From the human T2T-CHM13v2.0 reference genome, Homo sapiens, in assembly GCF_009914755.1 (NCBI RefSeq), contig NC_060932.1: DNA of 64,000 nucleotides; one strand, given 5' to 3'. Under the pieces are notes generated by a model. That model was not told the DNA's origin. It made no database searches and saw only the letters and a program-made list of their open reading frames with translations. Below, one piece after another: positions 11,546 through 24,824 of this stretch (position 1 is its first letter; every line of letters begins with the position of its first letter). Position numbers and translations under genes: made by a program.

Positions 11546-12489
11546 TGAAAAGCTAGAACTGAGCACTGCATTCAAACATTCTGCTTAGTGTCCTGAACAA
11601 TACAGTCCAAACAGGAAAGTACTGAACATTAAGAACCTTTTTATCTTCTTTAAGAGTTAGAAAAGCTTGAATAATTCTTTCTTATCTGGTATAGGAAAAT
11701 TTTTGATTTTTTATATTAGATACACTGGAAAGTGAACTATCAAGCATGAAGAGACAAACATCTACTATTTGAACTTTTGACAACTAATTTATAGCTCCAG
11801 GACCAATAGGTTATTACGTATGTTGTCCTTGTTTGTGCAAGACCAATCAAATACCGCTTTGTATTAATACTTTTAAAAAGATTAAAATTCTGTTTTTTTC
11901 ATGTTTAACTCTGTCTTCAGATATGAGTCACCTAATGTCTTCTTTGAGAGGAGATTACTTTGAAGTCTGGGGGACATCCCCAGCTAGAAGACCTGGGCAG
12001 AAATATGCTCGGATGATCATGATCTGAATTCAAAGGGAACAATTAAGGAATTATTTCCATTTTGATTCTAATAGCAAGCTTTTCTACTTGTTGCCCTTCA
12101 ACCTGTCTGCATGCCAGCTGAAACTTCAATAGAGCCTCATGACAGAGCTGTTAAAAGACTTTGAAAAGGGAACGTGTGAAATCATAAATGCTTCAGAAAT
12201 AAGATAATGTTTCTCAGTCCATTACATTCTTAACCTCTTGTTTCTGCTTAACGGACTTCGTTAAAGGTCAGTGAGAATGTTTTAACAGCAAATGCTTGAG
12301 ACTTCCAAGAACATATTGCCATTCTAGATATCCATTGCTAATAAAGAACTGGTTTGGTATATTCTGTACTTATATTTTCAGTAAAAATAAAAAGTCATCA
12401 TCAGAAAGACTTGAGCATAAATCTAAATTTCAAATCTTTGAATTAGTATATATTTGAAAATTTGTAATCTGGTGTTACTTTTCCAATTA

Positions 12490-12720
12490 GGAAAATGAAT
12501 AACATAACATCTTTATAATGCATTACAGTTTATGATGAAAATTTCTGTATGCTTTTCTCATTTTTCACTATAGTGGTTGAGTGACATGGATAATAATGTA
12601 ATTTCATTTTAGATATGAGGAGACTGCAGTCCGAGAAGGTTAGGTTGCTTAACTAACCCTGCTAACCTGTGAATGAGCTGTGATGTGATCCTAGATTTGC
12701 AATCACAAACTGACAAAATT
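12490..12720 (-). mobile_element. MIR
   Basis: CATTTTAGATATGAGGAGACTGCAG...AGAAGGTTAGGTTGCTT core. Confidence 0.7.
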
Positions 12721-12775
12721 CTGTTCTCTATTGAATGCTTCTGTTTTTGTTTTTATTTGTTTCTAAGAAGTTTTC

Positions 12776-13055
12776 GACCAGGCACTGTGGCTCACACTTA
12801 CAGTCTCAGCACTTCCGTCAAGAAGCCAAGATAGGCAGATCATTTGAGCCCAGGAGTTCAAGACCAGCCTGGGCACCATGCCGAAACCCCATCTCTACAA
12901 AAAATACAAAACTTAGCTAGGCATTTTGGCATGGCCTGTAGTCCCAGCTACTTGGGAGAATGAGGTTGCGGCGACAGTGAGTTGTGTTTGTGCCACTGCA
13001 CTCTAGCCTGGCAGACACAATGAGACTCTGTGTCAAAAACAAAACCAACAAAAAA
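12776..13055 (+). mobile_element. AluJ with a right-arm deletion
   Basis: GAGCCCAGGAGTTCAAGACCAGCCTGGGCA; (A)/CAAA tail. Confidence 0.92.
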
Positions 13056-14205
13056 CAGTTGTTTTTCCAGCACAATTCATGAGATTGTTTTTTAAAATGC
13101 ACAAACTAGTACTTTAAAAGATATTTTTGATTTTCCATTACACAAGTACAGAAATGTGCAATTTCTCTATCAACTTTTCCCTTAAGAAATTAATTTTTTT
13201 CATTGTCTGAAAGAGATAGAGTTACCTGTCTCTAAAGGATATTTTCCTCAAGTACCCACAGGTAATTTTGAATTTGTGGTTCATTTCACCTTTTTATGAC
13301 TCCAGAAGTTAAATGATTCTTGGCTGTACATCAAAAGATGATTATGTAGTTATTATTTATTTTTATAGCTCAGATGAACCTGGTACTAGCTTCATTATAG
13401 TGCATGTCCCATCGGCCAAATGAACACAATCTGGAAATATGACATGCATTTTTAATAGTAATAGGGCAATAATTCTGCATTTTGTGTAGGTGTACCAGGG
13501 GCTACTTAAGTGAGGTTTAATGTCAATTAAGAAACACTGCAGTGCCCTTACTGGAATCTTGTAATAGTCACATTTCTCTCGTTGTTTTATGAAGTCAGGT
13601 GTAAATAATCACTTTAGAGGGGGACTTACTAAGTATGGACCTGTGCATCATTTTTCTTAGCTATATATATGAACGTATAGTAAACATAAGCAGCACAAAC
13701 TTTTCTTCTGTTTCTAGAGTGACAGGCATTCTGTAGTATTGATAGGATATAAATAGACATCATTAAATGCTTTACCCATGGCTTTGGGCCCTAGTATCAT
13801 TATCTGAAAGCATTTAGAATGAGTAACTAAAAGCCAAGAAAATTTACAAGTCGCATTTTGGAGAATAATTACAGTTATCCATCACCAAACTGCTGGCAAG
13901 TAGTGGCATTGCCTCATTGGATTTTATCCCTTTTTATGACTCTGGCTGTTCCTCAGGTGTAAGGTCTATAAGCCATCAAGTGGATTGGAAGGGCCAGGAA
14001 GACCAGAGGTGCAGAATGACTTCAAGAAACAGCATATAAAAGAGTATTGGCACAATATGGAGAAGCAGCTGAAATATTTGGAATTTGTATGTGCTGAGCC
14101 GTGTGAAGATTGCTACTCAGTATTAATCACATTCCAAAAGATAGGTTATCATTAGCATTTATAATAACATGTAAGTTCTACTCTGTGCTACCTGATGTAG
14201 GAGAC

Positions 14206-14581
14206 TTTATTAGTTACTCATGGCTGCAGGAACAAGGTCCACAAATCAAGTTGCTTAAAACAACAGATATTTATTCACTTAACAGTTCTTGGAGCTAGAA
14301 GTCCAGAATCAAGATGTCGGCAGAGCCATGCTCTAGGGAAAGATTCCTTCTTTGTTTCTGGTGGTTGTCAGTAATCCTTGGCATTCCTTGGCTTGTAGAT
14401 GCATCACTCCAATCTCTACCTCTATCTTTACATGGCCTTTACCTGGTAGGACTAGGTCGAAACTTCCCACACTATATAAGGACACCAGTCCTTGCATTAG
14501 AACCTCCCATAATCCAGTAAGACTTTACCTTAACTTGGTTGCATCTGCAAAGACCCTTTGTCCAATTCAACAAAGACCATA
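14206..14581 (-). mobile_element. MaLR solo LTR, MLT1B/C-like
   Basis: GCTTAAAACAACAGA.ATTTATT...AATCCTTGGCATTCCTTGGCTTGTAGATGCATCACTCCAATCTCT. Confidence 0.82.
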
Positions 14582-15189
14582 CGTTTCCTAACTCAATGGC
14601 TTTGGAAGTTAGTGATATTGAAAATATAAATGTGTATTTTTAGAACCAGTATGAAACATGTGTTTATTATCTATTGCTACATAACAAATCACCCCAAAAC
14701 TTAGTGCCTTAAAACAACAGCCGTTTTGTTATATATCAGGATTCTGTGGGTCAAAATTTGGATGGGGTTTGGCTGGGCAATTCTCCATGTGGCATCCCTG
14801 GTGGTATCCAGTTAATGGCTTGGCTGGAGAGTGAAAAATGGTTTTGTTCATAGCTAGAAGGCTGGGCTTGACTTAATCTCTCTCATTCTCCCTGTGTGCT
14901 CAGGACCTTTCCACACACTCTCTCTAGCAGAGTAACTGTATATCTTAAATGACAGTTCAAGGTTTTAAGAGTAAGTAATTAAAGAGACAGGAACTGAAAA
15001 CTGCTTGTCATTAATAAGGGACAGGCCCCCAAACTGGCACAGCATAGCTTCCATAATACTGTTTGTCATTATAGTCAGAGCATACCTTCAGATTTAAGGG
15101 GAGAGGTGTAACTCTCTGTGGAAAGACTATTGTTCACCTTTTGGCCACAGATAGCTTACATTTCTCCCATCTTTGAAAATCTCATGCCA

Positions 15190-15518
<329 letters not shown>

Positions 15519-16860
15519 TCAGAGCCCTGCCTTGAATTTAAGAAGCCGCTGGTAAAATCAGTTCTATGTAGAGATGAGATTCTTTGTGTATATTTTCTCT
15601 CCATCTGAAGACCTGTAGACCATAGGAACAAATTTTGTGCCCTCCCCACAACATATAATGGTCAGAGAGGAGTAGATTCTCCTCTTTAAAAAAGAAAATG
15701 GGAAACATGTTCCACAGTAATTCTAAAATCCAACCAGATGCAGGTCACTAGATCCTTAACTAGGCTCTAGTCCTGTTTCCTGGAAACTATTGCCCTGGCT
15801 CTCCGTTTCTCTCTTGAATCCATCCTCCTTTTCCATAAAAACTTTATGGGACCCCTGTGTATCAAATAATGATCCAATCCATCAGAGAAAAGCCATGTAC
15901 ACATTTGGTTCTGACATAGTCCTTTTTTGCTGGAACTTAGGGCATTCTGGGGAAATGAAAAGAAGCCTTCTTTCTAGTTGAAAGGGTTCATCAGGCATCC
16001 TTAAAATTCACAGAGACATATATTATGATTTCTATAAGTCCAATTAGGCTTACCTTCAGATATTTCTGAGAGGTCAACAAAGGAACATCCATGAGCTTTA
16101 TTTTCCTAAAACCATATTGTACAAGTAGCAGCAGCCTGGATTTAATCTTTGCCCTGAGGTCATTTGTAACTTTGCAAGTCTATTGCTGGGAGAGCCTGGG
16201 AATGAGAAACAATTTTACCTTCATATTCAGCATGTTCTGGTCCTTTTTTCCTCTGAATCTTGCTTAGAAACAGAAAATTTCTTCTTTGGCTTATCCCTTT
16301 CCATGTTTTACCATAGGCAGCTAGGAACCAGTTGGCGCTTTCTCCATTTTGCCTGTTCATCTTTCTTGCCAGACTTTTGTGGATGTCCATTAAGTTTCTT
16401 ATCACGTGCAACATTAATGCCAAACTTTCTGCCAGTACAGAAAAAGTATCACATATTTTCTGGCCTCCAGTAACATATTTTCATTGTCTCTAAAGGCTTC
16501 ACCAACAGTCTTTTCAAGGCCCTTGGGGCTTTTGCTAACAGTCTCCTTGAAGTCCTCTTCTTTCCACTAACAGTCTCTATGAGGCCCTTCTAGCTTCTGT
16601 CCACTGCTTGATTCCAAAGCTGTCCACACATGTGACAGGTTTTGTACAGCAACACCACACCCCCAGGTAATGGATTTTGTCCCGGTTTTCTACTGTTGTG
16701 TAAAAATTGACCCTAAAACAAGTGGCTTGAAACAAGCACCATTTTATTATACCTTATGACTTTTGTAGACTAAAAAACAGCCTGAGCTTGACTGAGAGGT
16801 CCTTCTGCTCCATGTGATGCCACTTGTAGTCATTCAGAGGTGGCTGGGATGGTCCACAAC

Positions 16861-16965
16861 CGAAGTCAGCAAAGTTTTTTGGTGAAGGGCCAGAAGGTAT
16901 GTATTTTAGGCTTTGTGGGCTGTACTGTTTGTCAAAGCTACTCAGCCTGACCACTGAATGACAAA
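16861..16965. mobile_element. MER58A (hAT-Charlie) fragment inside the MLT1 LTR
   Basis: GTCAGCAAAGTTTTT..GT.AAGGGCCAGA...TATTTTAGGCTTTGTGGGC. Confidence 0.75.
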
Positions 16966-17605
16966 GTCATGTGGTTGCTCAGTCTGCTAGTACCTGGTCT
17001 AGAGAACCCAAGAAGGCTAACACATTTCATTTACTTTCATGCAGATGGCTAGAGAGTGGGCTCAGCCCATCTTCTCTCCCTCCCTTGGTAGTTGCAGGGT
17101 GTCTCTGCATGGTTTCTCCAGCAAAACAGTCCACTTTCTCACATGGACGCTTAGGCCCCAAGAATCAGTGGTCCAACAAACAGAAAGTGAAAGCTGCCAG
17201 CCTCATGAGGTGTAGGCCTAGAAATGCACAACATATCATTTCTGCCATTTTCACTGGTCAATGCAATCATAGATCCCTTCCTCCCATATTGAAAAGGAAG
17301 AGAGATAAATCCTTACTGGATATTTTGCCCGGAAATGGTATCAGATAACTTGTGGCCATTCAACACAATGATCACCTTAGTTCACTGATGAATAAGACAT
17401 TTCTCTACCTTCGAGGAGCTTACATTATAATTGGAAACAGATATGAAAGCAATTATCTGGAGCATAGGACAGAATGAAGTATATCAGGGGCAGGAAAAAA
17501 AAACATATAGGCACTCCTATAAGGAGTGTCATGAATTTGAATATATGCCTGTGTTTTACAAGTAGTTGCTAGCCCTTGTTTCTGTCTATTTTACTGTCAA
17601 GTATA

Positions 17606-17730
17606 GTACATATATATATATATATAACACAACACACATAACAGACACACACTCTCACACACATATGTGTGTACACATATACAAACAACACTCACACATG
17701 CACAGCACGTGCACACACCAACTCACACAT
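17606..17730. repeat. (TA)n/(CA)-rich low complexity
   Basis: Read directly from the sequence. Confidence 0.85.
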
Positions 17731-17739
17731 GAACTTTCA

Positions 17740-17914
17740 AACATGTAACTGAAACAAGTTTCTTCACATAGCAGTTACTGTAAGTCTCGGCAATGTACTT
17801 GGTTATATTCCTTTCTTTCTATTATATTTAATTTTTAGAAATTCTGATCATTGTCCACTGAATTAATTTCACAACTGCAGTTTATTTCATAAACTGAAGT
17901 GTGAAAAACAACTG
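17740..17914. mobile_element. hAT-Charlie relic (MER119-like)
   Basis: ACATGTAACTGAAACAAGTTT...ACTGAATTAATTTCA...TGAAAAACAACTG terminal motif. Confidence 0.5.
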
Positions 17915-18384
17915 GTCAAGAAGATGCGGAGGTCAACAAGCCTTGTGAGTCGCTGTTGCACAATAAGTTATTGTTAAAATTTATTCTTTACAGGAAGATC
18001 TGGGAATTGATTTAACAAGGGGATAGGAAAAAACTTTTCACAAATTTCTTTCTCAGTGGCTTCTTTGATAGAATATATGTCCAGTATATTTTGATATATG
18101 TTATTTATTATCTGCCAATGATGTGTCTGTTTATTTTGAGCTGCTTTGGTAACACATTAGTTTGAAGTAGCCATAAAACCTTTTAAACTGTGATAGGTTG
18201 TGAAAATACCATTAGGTCCTTGTAGAAGTTATCATATTTCATGATGTGAAAAGTTTATAATTTTTCTCGTTTGTTTAGAAACTATATTCATGTTGATGAC
18301 TTGAAAAAGAAAAAAATGGGAAATAATTATAAAATAAATTATACTATACCATTAATATACAATTATAAAATAAGAGTCATTCTT

Positions 18385-19480
18385 TAGTTTTCCAGTAAAT
18401 GAGTATTTACTTAGTTTTGAAATGCAACAGTGAACAGGACAACACAAATCTTCCATTATGGAACTTATGTTCTGCAAGGTCAAATAGAAGAAAACAAGTC
18501 AACAGCCAAATGAAGTAATTGTGAGTTGTGATGAATGCCATGAAAGGATTAAACATGAGCTGAAATAGAAAATTTTAAGGTCAGCTCTTATATTAGGGTT
18601 ATCTAGAGGGACAGAACTAATAGGATAGATATAGGTATATATATAGAGAGAGGGGAGTTTATTAAGTATTAACTCACGTGATCACAAGATCCCACAATAG
18701 GCCATCTGCAAGCTGAGGAGCAAAGAAAGCCAGTCCGAGTCCCAAAGCTGAAGAACTTGGAGTCCAATATTCCAGGGCAGGAAGGGTCCAGCAAGGGAGA
18801 AAGATGTAGGCTGGGAGACTAGGTCAGTCTAGTCTTTTAATGTTTTACTGCCTGCTTTATATTCTAGCCAGGCTGGTAGCTGACTAGATGGTGCTCAGCC
18901 AAATTAAGGGTGGATCTGCCTTCCCCAGCCCACTGACTCAAATGTTAATCTCTTTTGGCAACACCCTCATAGACACACCCAGGATCAATCCTTTGCATCC
19001 TTCAATCCAATCAAGTTCATACTCAGTATTAACCATCACAGCTCTTGACACAGGGTGGTCAGAGAGAGGCTCTCTGCTCTGAGTAGTTGGCATTAAGAAG
19101 AATCTAAAGAATAAGAAGGAGATGCCTGTGATTAGACCACTAGGAAGAATGTTCCAGATGGTGGGTAAAACATAATGCAGAAGCTCTGGGGTCAGGATGA
19201 GGTTGCTTTGTTTGGGCAACTGAAACCCCAGAATGAGTGATACCTAGGGAGTGAGTTAAGTGAGAGATTGTCTGAGATGAGAGAGAAAGGTAGACAGGAA
19301 CTGATCTCACAGGGCCTACTAGGCCATAGTAAGGCGTTTAGAGTTTCTTTCCTTAGCCAGATAGGAAGCTATTCAAGTGTCTTTGCAGGAGAGGGCAAGG
19401 TCTAATTTATATTTTAAGAAGCTCAGTCTGACTGCTGCTTGGAGATTGAACCAGAGTGGAACAAAAGTGGAAGTGGGGTG
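18385..19480 (-). mobile_element. L2 split by MLT2A
   Basis: AGGGCCTACTAGGCCATAGTAAGG..TT.GAGTTT...GGAAGCTATT L2 motifs on both sides of the LTR. Confidence 0.7.
18589..19040 (-). mobile_element. ERVL solo LTR, MLT2A
   Basis: TATTAGGGTT.TCTAGAGGGACAGAACTAATAGGA...CAGTATTAACCATCACA; 5-bp TSD GCTCT (18584-18588 / 19041-19045). Confidence 0.92.
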
Positions 19481-19870
19481 TACACTGGGCTTATTCCTTT
19501 TGAACGTCCGGGGATAAAAGTTCAGCTTCTACACTGACTATTTCCTGTGGAATTTTTGGTTCTTGTAAGTTAAATTGAACATAGAAATATGGAGACACCT
19601 TAAATTTAAATTAAAAAGGCAAGGGTTCTATTTAGTTTTGTCTAAACTATCCTGTAAATAGCAATTTGCAAAATGAGATTCATCTTTTTCTTTAAAAACT
19701 TGTAGATTCCTTTAAATTTAATTCTGATTTCCTCTTGAAAATGGTAATAATTCCTAAGAGGCATCAGAAATCACCATTTGTTTATTTACATGCTCTGTAC
19801 CCCAAGTTAAAAAGTAATGTGCATATTTTTCTAAAGAAAGGATTTTATAATGTAAGAACGGTGGGCTGAT

Positions 19871-20946
19871 TGTTAAAGAAAAAAAATCTAACATTTGCTG
19901 AAATGGTAAGGAAGACTTTATTCAGGACTATTGTGATAGGTGTCAAAACTATCAGAATTGAGGAGAGAAATGGGTCTCAACTGCAAATACATGCAAGGAC
20001 AAGTAGGGATTTATATCATTAGGACAAATAGGTTTAATACCTTTTCCTCACCCATCACAAGGGTCTAGCTGACACTGATATGGGAAAAGACAGATTAATA
20101 AGAAAAGAGTATAACAAATTTATTTAACAAAGTTTTATGTTACATAGAAGCCTGCAGGAAAACTGTATTTTTATGTTTTTTAATGTATTTTTTATGTTTA
20201 GGTTTGATGAAGAATAGTCATGTAGAAATATAATTGGACAAAAAGCATATGATGTAATGATATAAACCTAAGGCAGGGGAAGGCAGCCAGGACTATTTAT
20301 TCCAATTCTTCTTGGCCTCTCTTTTTATAATTTTTTCCTCCTGGGTATGGGGCAGGTCACCTATCAAATGAGGGTCTTCAAGGGAGAAAGGAGTTCAGAG
20401 AGTGACATTTCTAGGTTTTATGGCTTGCTTTGGGGGAGAGGAGTTCTAGTTTCTATTACCTGCTTTGGGGAAAAGGAATTCTAGTTTTTATGGCCTGCTT
20501 TGTGGGTGAAATAGGAGAAGGAGAAAGGAGGGCAGAAGAAGGTCAGAGAGAACTTCCTGCTTTTGAGGCCCTGCCAATCCCTTTCAGAAGTTCAAAGTCC
20601 TCAGCCTGCCAAAGCACTGTACTTTGGAGTATGATGCTCTGAGCTGCAGTAATGGCCAAAAAGCAGGTTTGGATGTGATAGTGGATGGAAAATTCAGAAG
20701 CCAGGACATCAAGGGTAGGGGGAATCTTGCTAAACTGACATAATAGGATTCCTGCTGAGGGCAGGCTAGGGTGATCAGATATTAAGGATGGGAGGATTCC
20801 CTGTAAACTTAGGAGCATTCTTGCTGAAACTTGGCTACGCAGGCTTCCCACAGATGGTGGTTTGCTCGGAGGCAAGGTTGAGGCATTGTCAGGAAGAGGG
20901 CTTAGGGGAGCCTAATGAAAGTTTGGTCAAGGAAAGCGTCTTGTCA
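19871..20946 (-). mobile_element. ERV1 LTR, MER31-like, split by a second LTR
   Basis: TGTTAAAGAAAAAA...GGAAGACTTTATTCAGGAC at left; AAAGTTTGGTCAAGGA.AG.GTCTTGTCA at right. Confidence 0.78.
20015..20651 (-). mobile_element. ERV1 LTR, MER39-like, nested in MER31
   Basis: Right end TTCAAAGT.CTCAGC.TGCCAAAGCAC...TTTGG.GTAT...TCTGAGC is the reverse complement of a MER39/MER34-group start. Confidence 0.6.
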
Positions 20947-23159
20947 TCTTCATTCATTCTTCAAAACAGACATGAGATACAGCTGCTACAAAACAACACC
21001 GATTAATAGTTGTATTTTATGTGCTGCCCATTAAAGTACTTACATTTTTATTTTTCCAGAAATTTTAACTACATGCTTCAGTGTTATTAGATTACCCTTG
21101 GAAACACTCAGCTACAGCAAGTGTTTTGTGCTGTTTATTTTAGAATTCATGGGACAGCTCACTTTCTAGCCATTAATTTGAGCTTTCAAAGACAAGTTAC
21201 ACAAGTGACAATGGGGAATTTGATCTATTTGTGTATGTAATTATGAGTTCAACAGGCATTGTTTTCAGGTACTGTGATAGACCCTTTCTCTTACTTAAAG
21301 CATGTGATTTGGTTCAAAAGACATTTATGATGTTAATTTTATAAAAAATCAAGAAGGTGATATGAGTTCCCATACTGTTGGCATCTGAGCTTGGATGACA
21401 TGTTAACGATAACAGTTAGTCTAGATGAAATTCATTCTAGAAATAATACACCTTGTGAGTTAGAAGCAACCTTGAAGTGCATGTAATCAAAATCCCCTAT
21501 TTTACTGACTGAGAGGCAAGAGAGGTCACATTGCTACTTGGTGACTCTTTCTGTCAAGTTAGAGCATCAAAAGCAATTTACTTGAACTACAGTGGATTAA
21601 CTCTCCAAAGAAATTACCTTTGTTCAAATATGATTCAATAAAATGCCTTTAACCTTTATTCAGAGCTGCTGCATTTTTTCAGGATGAAGAGTCAAACCTG
21701 ATGTCTTTTTGTATGAAGATCCACAGGAAAAAAATTCTTTTGCAATTTAATGCCAGAAAAAAAAACAAAACAAGCAGAAACTACATCTCTTGTGAATAAT
21801 TGGCAGGCTTTCTTTTGACAACATGAGACCCATGAGGTTCATTGTGTTTCTCTTTTTCACTTTGTGTCCAGGACCTGCGGAGTTAGATGACAAAGGCTAA
21901 GGAAATTTTCTCCCTTTTTACTCTATGCTGTTTCTTGTTTCCCATTTAACTTTTCTCTGTGCTTTTGTATGTAAATTTTTATTGCAAGCCACCCCACAAA
22001 TGCTTTTTGAAAGCTAATAAACTATAAATTATTCAGGAATAAATATTAAGTGACAAAGACAAAACTCTAATCCAGATCTTCTATCTCCCAGTGTAAATTT
22101 CAATCCATTCTATCATGATTGGAAAGGCATTAATATCTCTGACAATTCCTTTCTCAATAGAAAAAAATGTTTCCAATATTTGTGCAAAAGGGAGATATAA
22201 AAGAGGTGTCTTATTCCCTCTATAACTTTGGCTCAAATTTTAAAACTTAAGAATTGCACCTCTCAACCACTGAACCAAAAAAAAAAAAAAAAAAGAGATA
22301 GAAAATAAAATAAAAGGAAAAGAAGAAAAGAAAATCTTTCTTTTTGTTTGGTTGCTTTGGAAATTTGGAAGTATATTATTTTATTGGCACTCAGAGCTGT
22401 GCAGAGTCCTGATGGAAATGTCTATATAGTCACAGTGAAGCCTGGAACAGGCTTGGGTATCCTTTTGAATACAGATTATATGTACAAAGACCAATGCAAT
22501 AGAAACCTTTTAAATCAAGCTTTTCCTCTGTAACAAAAGTGTCTAGTCTCTTGATTCCTGAATCCATTAATGCCCTTTGAGTGTCACCCAGTTACATACT
22601 GCTGGGCATCAGGTTGCCTTTCCAGTGTGGAAGCCTGAGACTCCTGCACAAAGGAACTCTTAGGGCTCTTGATGTTTCTCATCTTGTGACACTGAATTAC
22701 AGGGCTTCTCTTTTATTGAAGTGCTGACTGGAAGAAGGGTTATCACAGCAGCCCCAGCCAGCGTGGCACAGCTGCCCACACTCTTTGTAATGTTCTTTGA
22801 AAAGAATGTATTAATAATGTCCAAAGTTGGGTCAGGCTGTCAGTCACAGAAATAATTACTCTTGAGAGGTTAAGATTCACTTTCTTAAAATCAAGTGGGA
22901 GTCATGGTAGATATTAGAAGAATGGAGCAAAGCACACTTTAATATAACTATCAATGTGCCAACAATAGACATTTGGGGGAGGAACTGGGAATATCATACT
23001 TACAGGAAGCATGTCTGATGAGAACTCAGAGAGTGGAAAATACAAGTATGGGATATTATTTTGGATTTCTAGCTATTACATATCATCTTTCCTTTTTCAT
23101 CATTATTATTATTGCAGACTAAAACCAAATATTATTATTTATTAATCCTTCAGAAATCA

Positions 23160-23410
23160 CTTTGGAGCCTGCATAAGAGTACATACTCCAGAGTCTGACT
23201 GACCATGTTCAAATCCTGGTTTTGTGACATAGCTCCTGGGCTACCCTGGGCAATTTACCTAAACTGGCTTTGCCCTACCTGTTATGCAAAATGGGGGTAA
23301 TAATAGTGCCTATTATATAGGGTTGTTGTGAGGATTAATCGAGTTAATATTTGTAATGGCCTAGAATTCTGCCTGGCATAGAGTCAGCCTTATCTGAGTT
23401 GTCATTATTA
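23160..23410 (+). mobile_element. MIR
   Basis: GTTCAAATCCTGG...CTGGGCAATTTACCTAA...AAAATGGGGGTAATAATAGTGCCT...GGGTTGTTGTGAGGATTAA. Confidence 0.88.
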
Positions 23411-23571
23411 TTTTTACAAATGTATCCTATCTACTCAGGTGACAAATTATTTTTATTTCAACATTATTCTCTCATTTATATACATAAAACTACTATAAAT
23501 TTTACTATTCTATAGTCAGTTGAACATCTTATTTAACAAACATTTAAACAAGTGTTTAAAAATGTATTCTT

Positions 23572-23866
23572 TGCTGGACACAGTGGCACACACCTGGAAT
23601 CTCAGCACTTTGGGAGGCTAAGGCAGGAGGATTCCTCTAGGCCAGGAGTTTGAGACCAGCCTGGGCAACACAGCAAGATCCCATGCCTTCAAAAAAATTT
23701 TTTAATTAACTGGGCATGGTGACACATGCCTGTAGTCCCAGCTACTCAGGAGCCTAAGGTGGGAGAATTTCTTGAGTCCAGGAGTTTGAGGCTACAGTAA
23801 GCTCTGATTGCGCCACTGCACTCCAGGATGCATGACAGATCAAGTCTCTATCTCTTAAAAAAAAAG
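23572..23866 (+). mobile_element. AluJ
   Basis: GAGTTTGAGGCTACAGT (J diagnostic), short A tail. Confidence 0.93.
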
Positions 23867-24597
23867 TATACTTAGTGTTCTGTTTATAGAAACTTTTGAA
23901 TTTGAAAGTGAGTATAAAATTGCTGTAGTATAGAGATCACATTTTGATTCTTTATGGATGAATAAGGTTGTTATATGGTCAATGTATAATTAGTATCCAA
24001 GTGAAACTTAACATTTTAAAAGTTAATGTTATTAACATTAGAGAATTATGCAAATAGAAGACAAGAAAGCAAACTGGAAAAGGCATTTCATCTTGACATG
24101 AAAGTTTGGATTGGTTGTTGAGATTCAGAAATCCCTTTGACAGCCAGGCTGGGGGGTGGAGGGTTATTGTGGCTTCTGGGGCAACACAGTGCTGGAGCTG
24201 GACTTTGATGGACTCATCTGAAACACAAATAAAGAAATCACTTCTTTAAAATAAGTTTAAAAGAACATTAAATGTCAGGTAGCCCAACCTCTATGACTTC
24301 TATTTAGAATAGTTGATGTAAATGGGAAATATAATGTACATAAGTGCATTATGTAATTATGTACATATATTATACATAAGTGCATAGTGCATACTACATT
24401 TCCAGATGTCTATGTTTTGAATTATTGTTATCACAACAATATTCATGTTTGTGATATTTCAAAGCTCTATATACAGGGAGGAGAGTGATTAAAAGCATTT
24501 TAAAATGTGAACACTAGATTACCCTTATTTAGCTAGATAGCTTAATATTTTTACGTAGGTATTCAATAGAAAATGGTACATTATATTTTCTCTCCTC

Positions 24598-24651
24598 ACT
24601 ACAATAGTGTATGTAGAAAAGCATACTACAACAGTGTATGTAGAAAAGCAT
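24598..24651. repeat. 27-bp direct tandem duplication
   Basis: ACTACAATAGTGTATGTAGAAAAGCAT / ACTACAACAGTGTATGTAGAAAAGCAT. Confidence 0.95.
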
Positions 24652-24824
24652 ACCCTATTGCTTTTCTTTATGAGTTGGCAGTGGGAAGGGTGAACTGTGA
24701 TTTAGCAAGTACTTTATACTTCTAATTGCTATGTTTTTTATCCTGCAACCCAGTTGCCTATGGATATTGACTGCTGTCAGTACTCCAGTTTGCTACACAC
24801 TAGTAAGCCACTGATAAAACTAAG

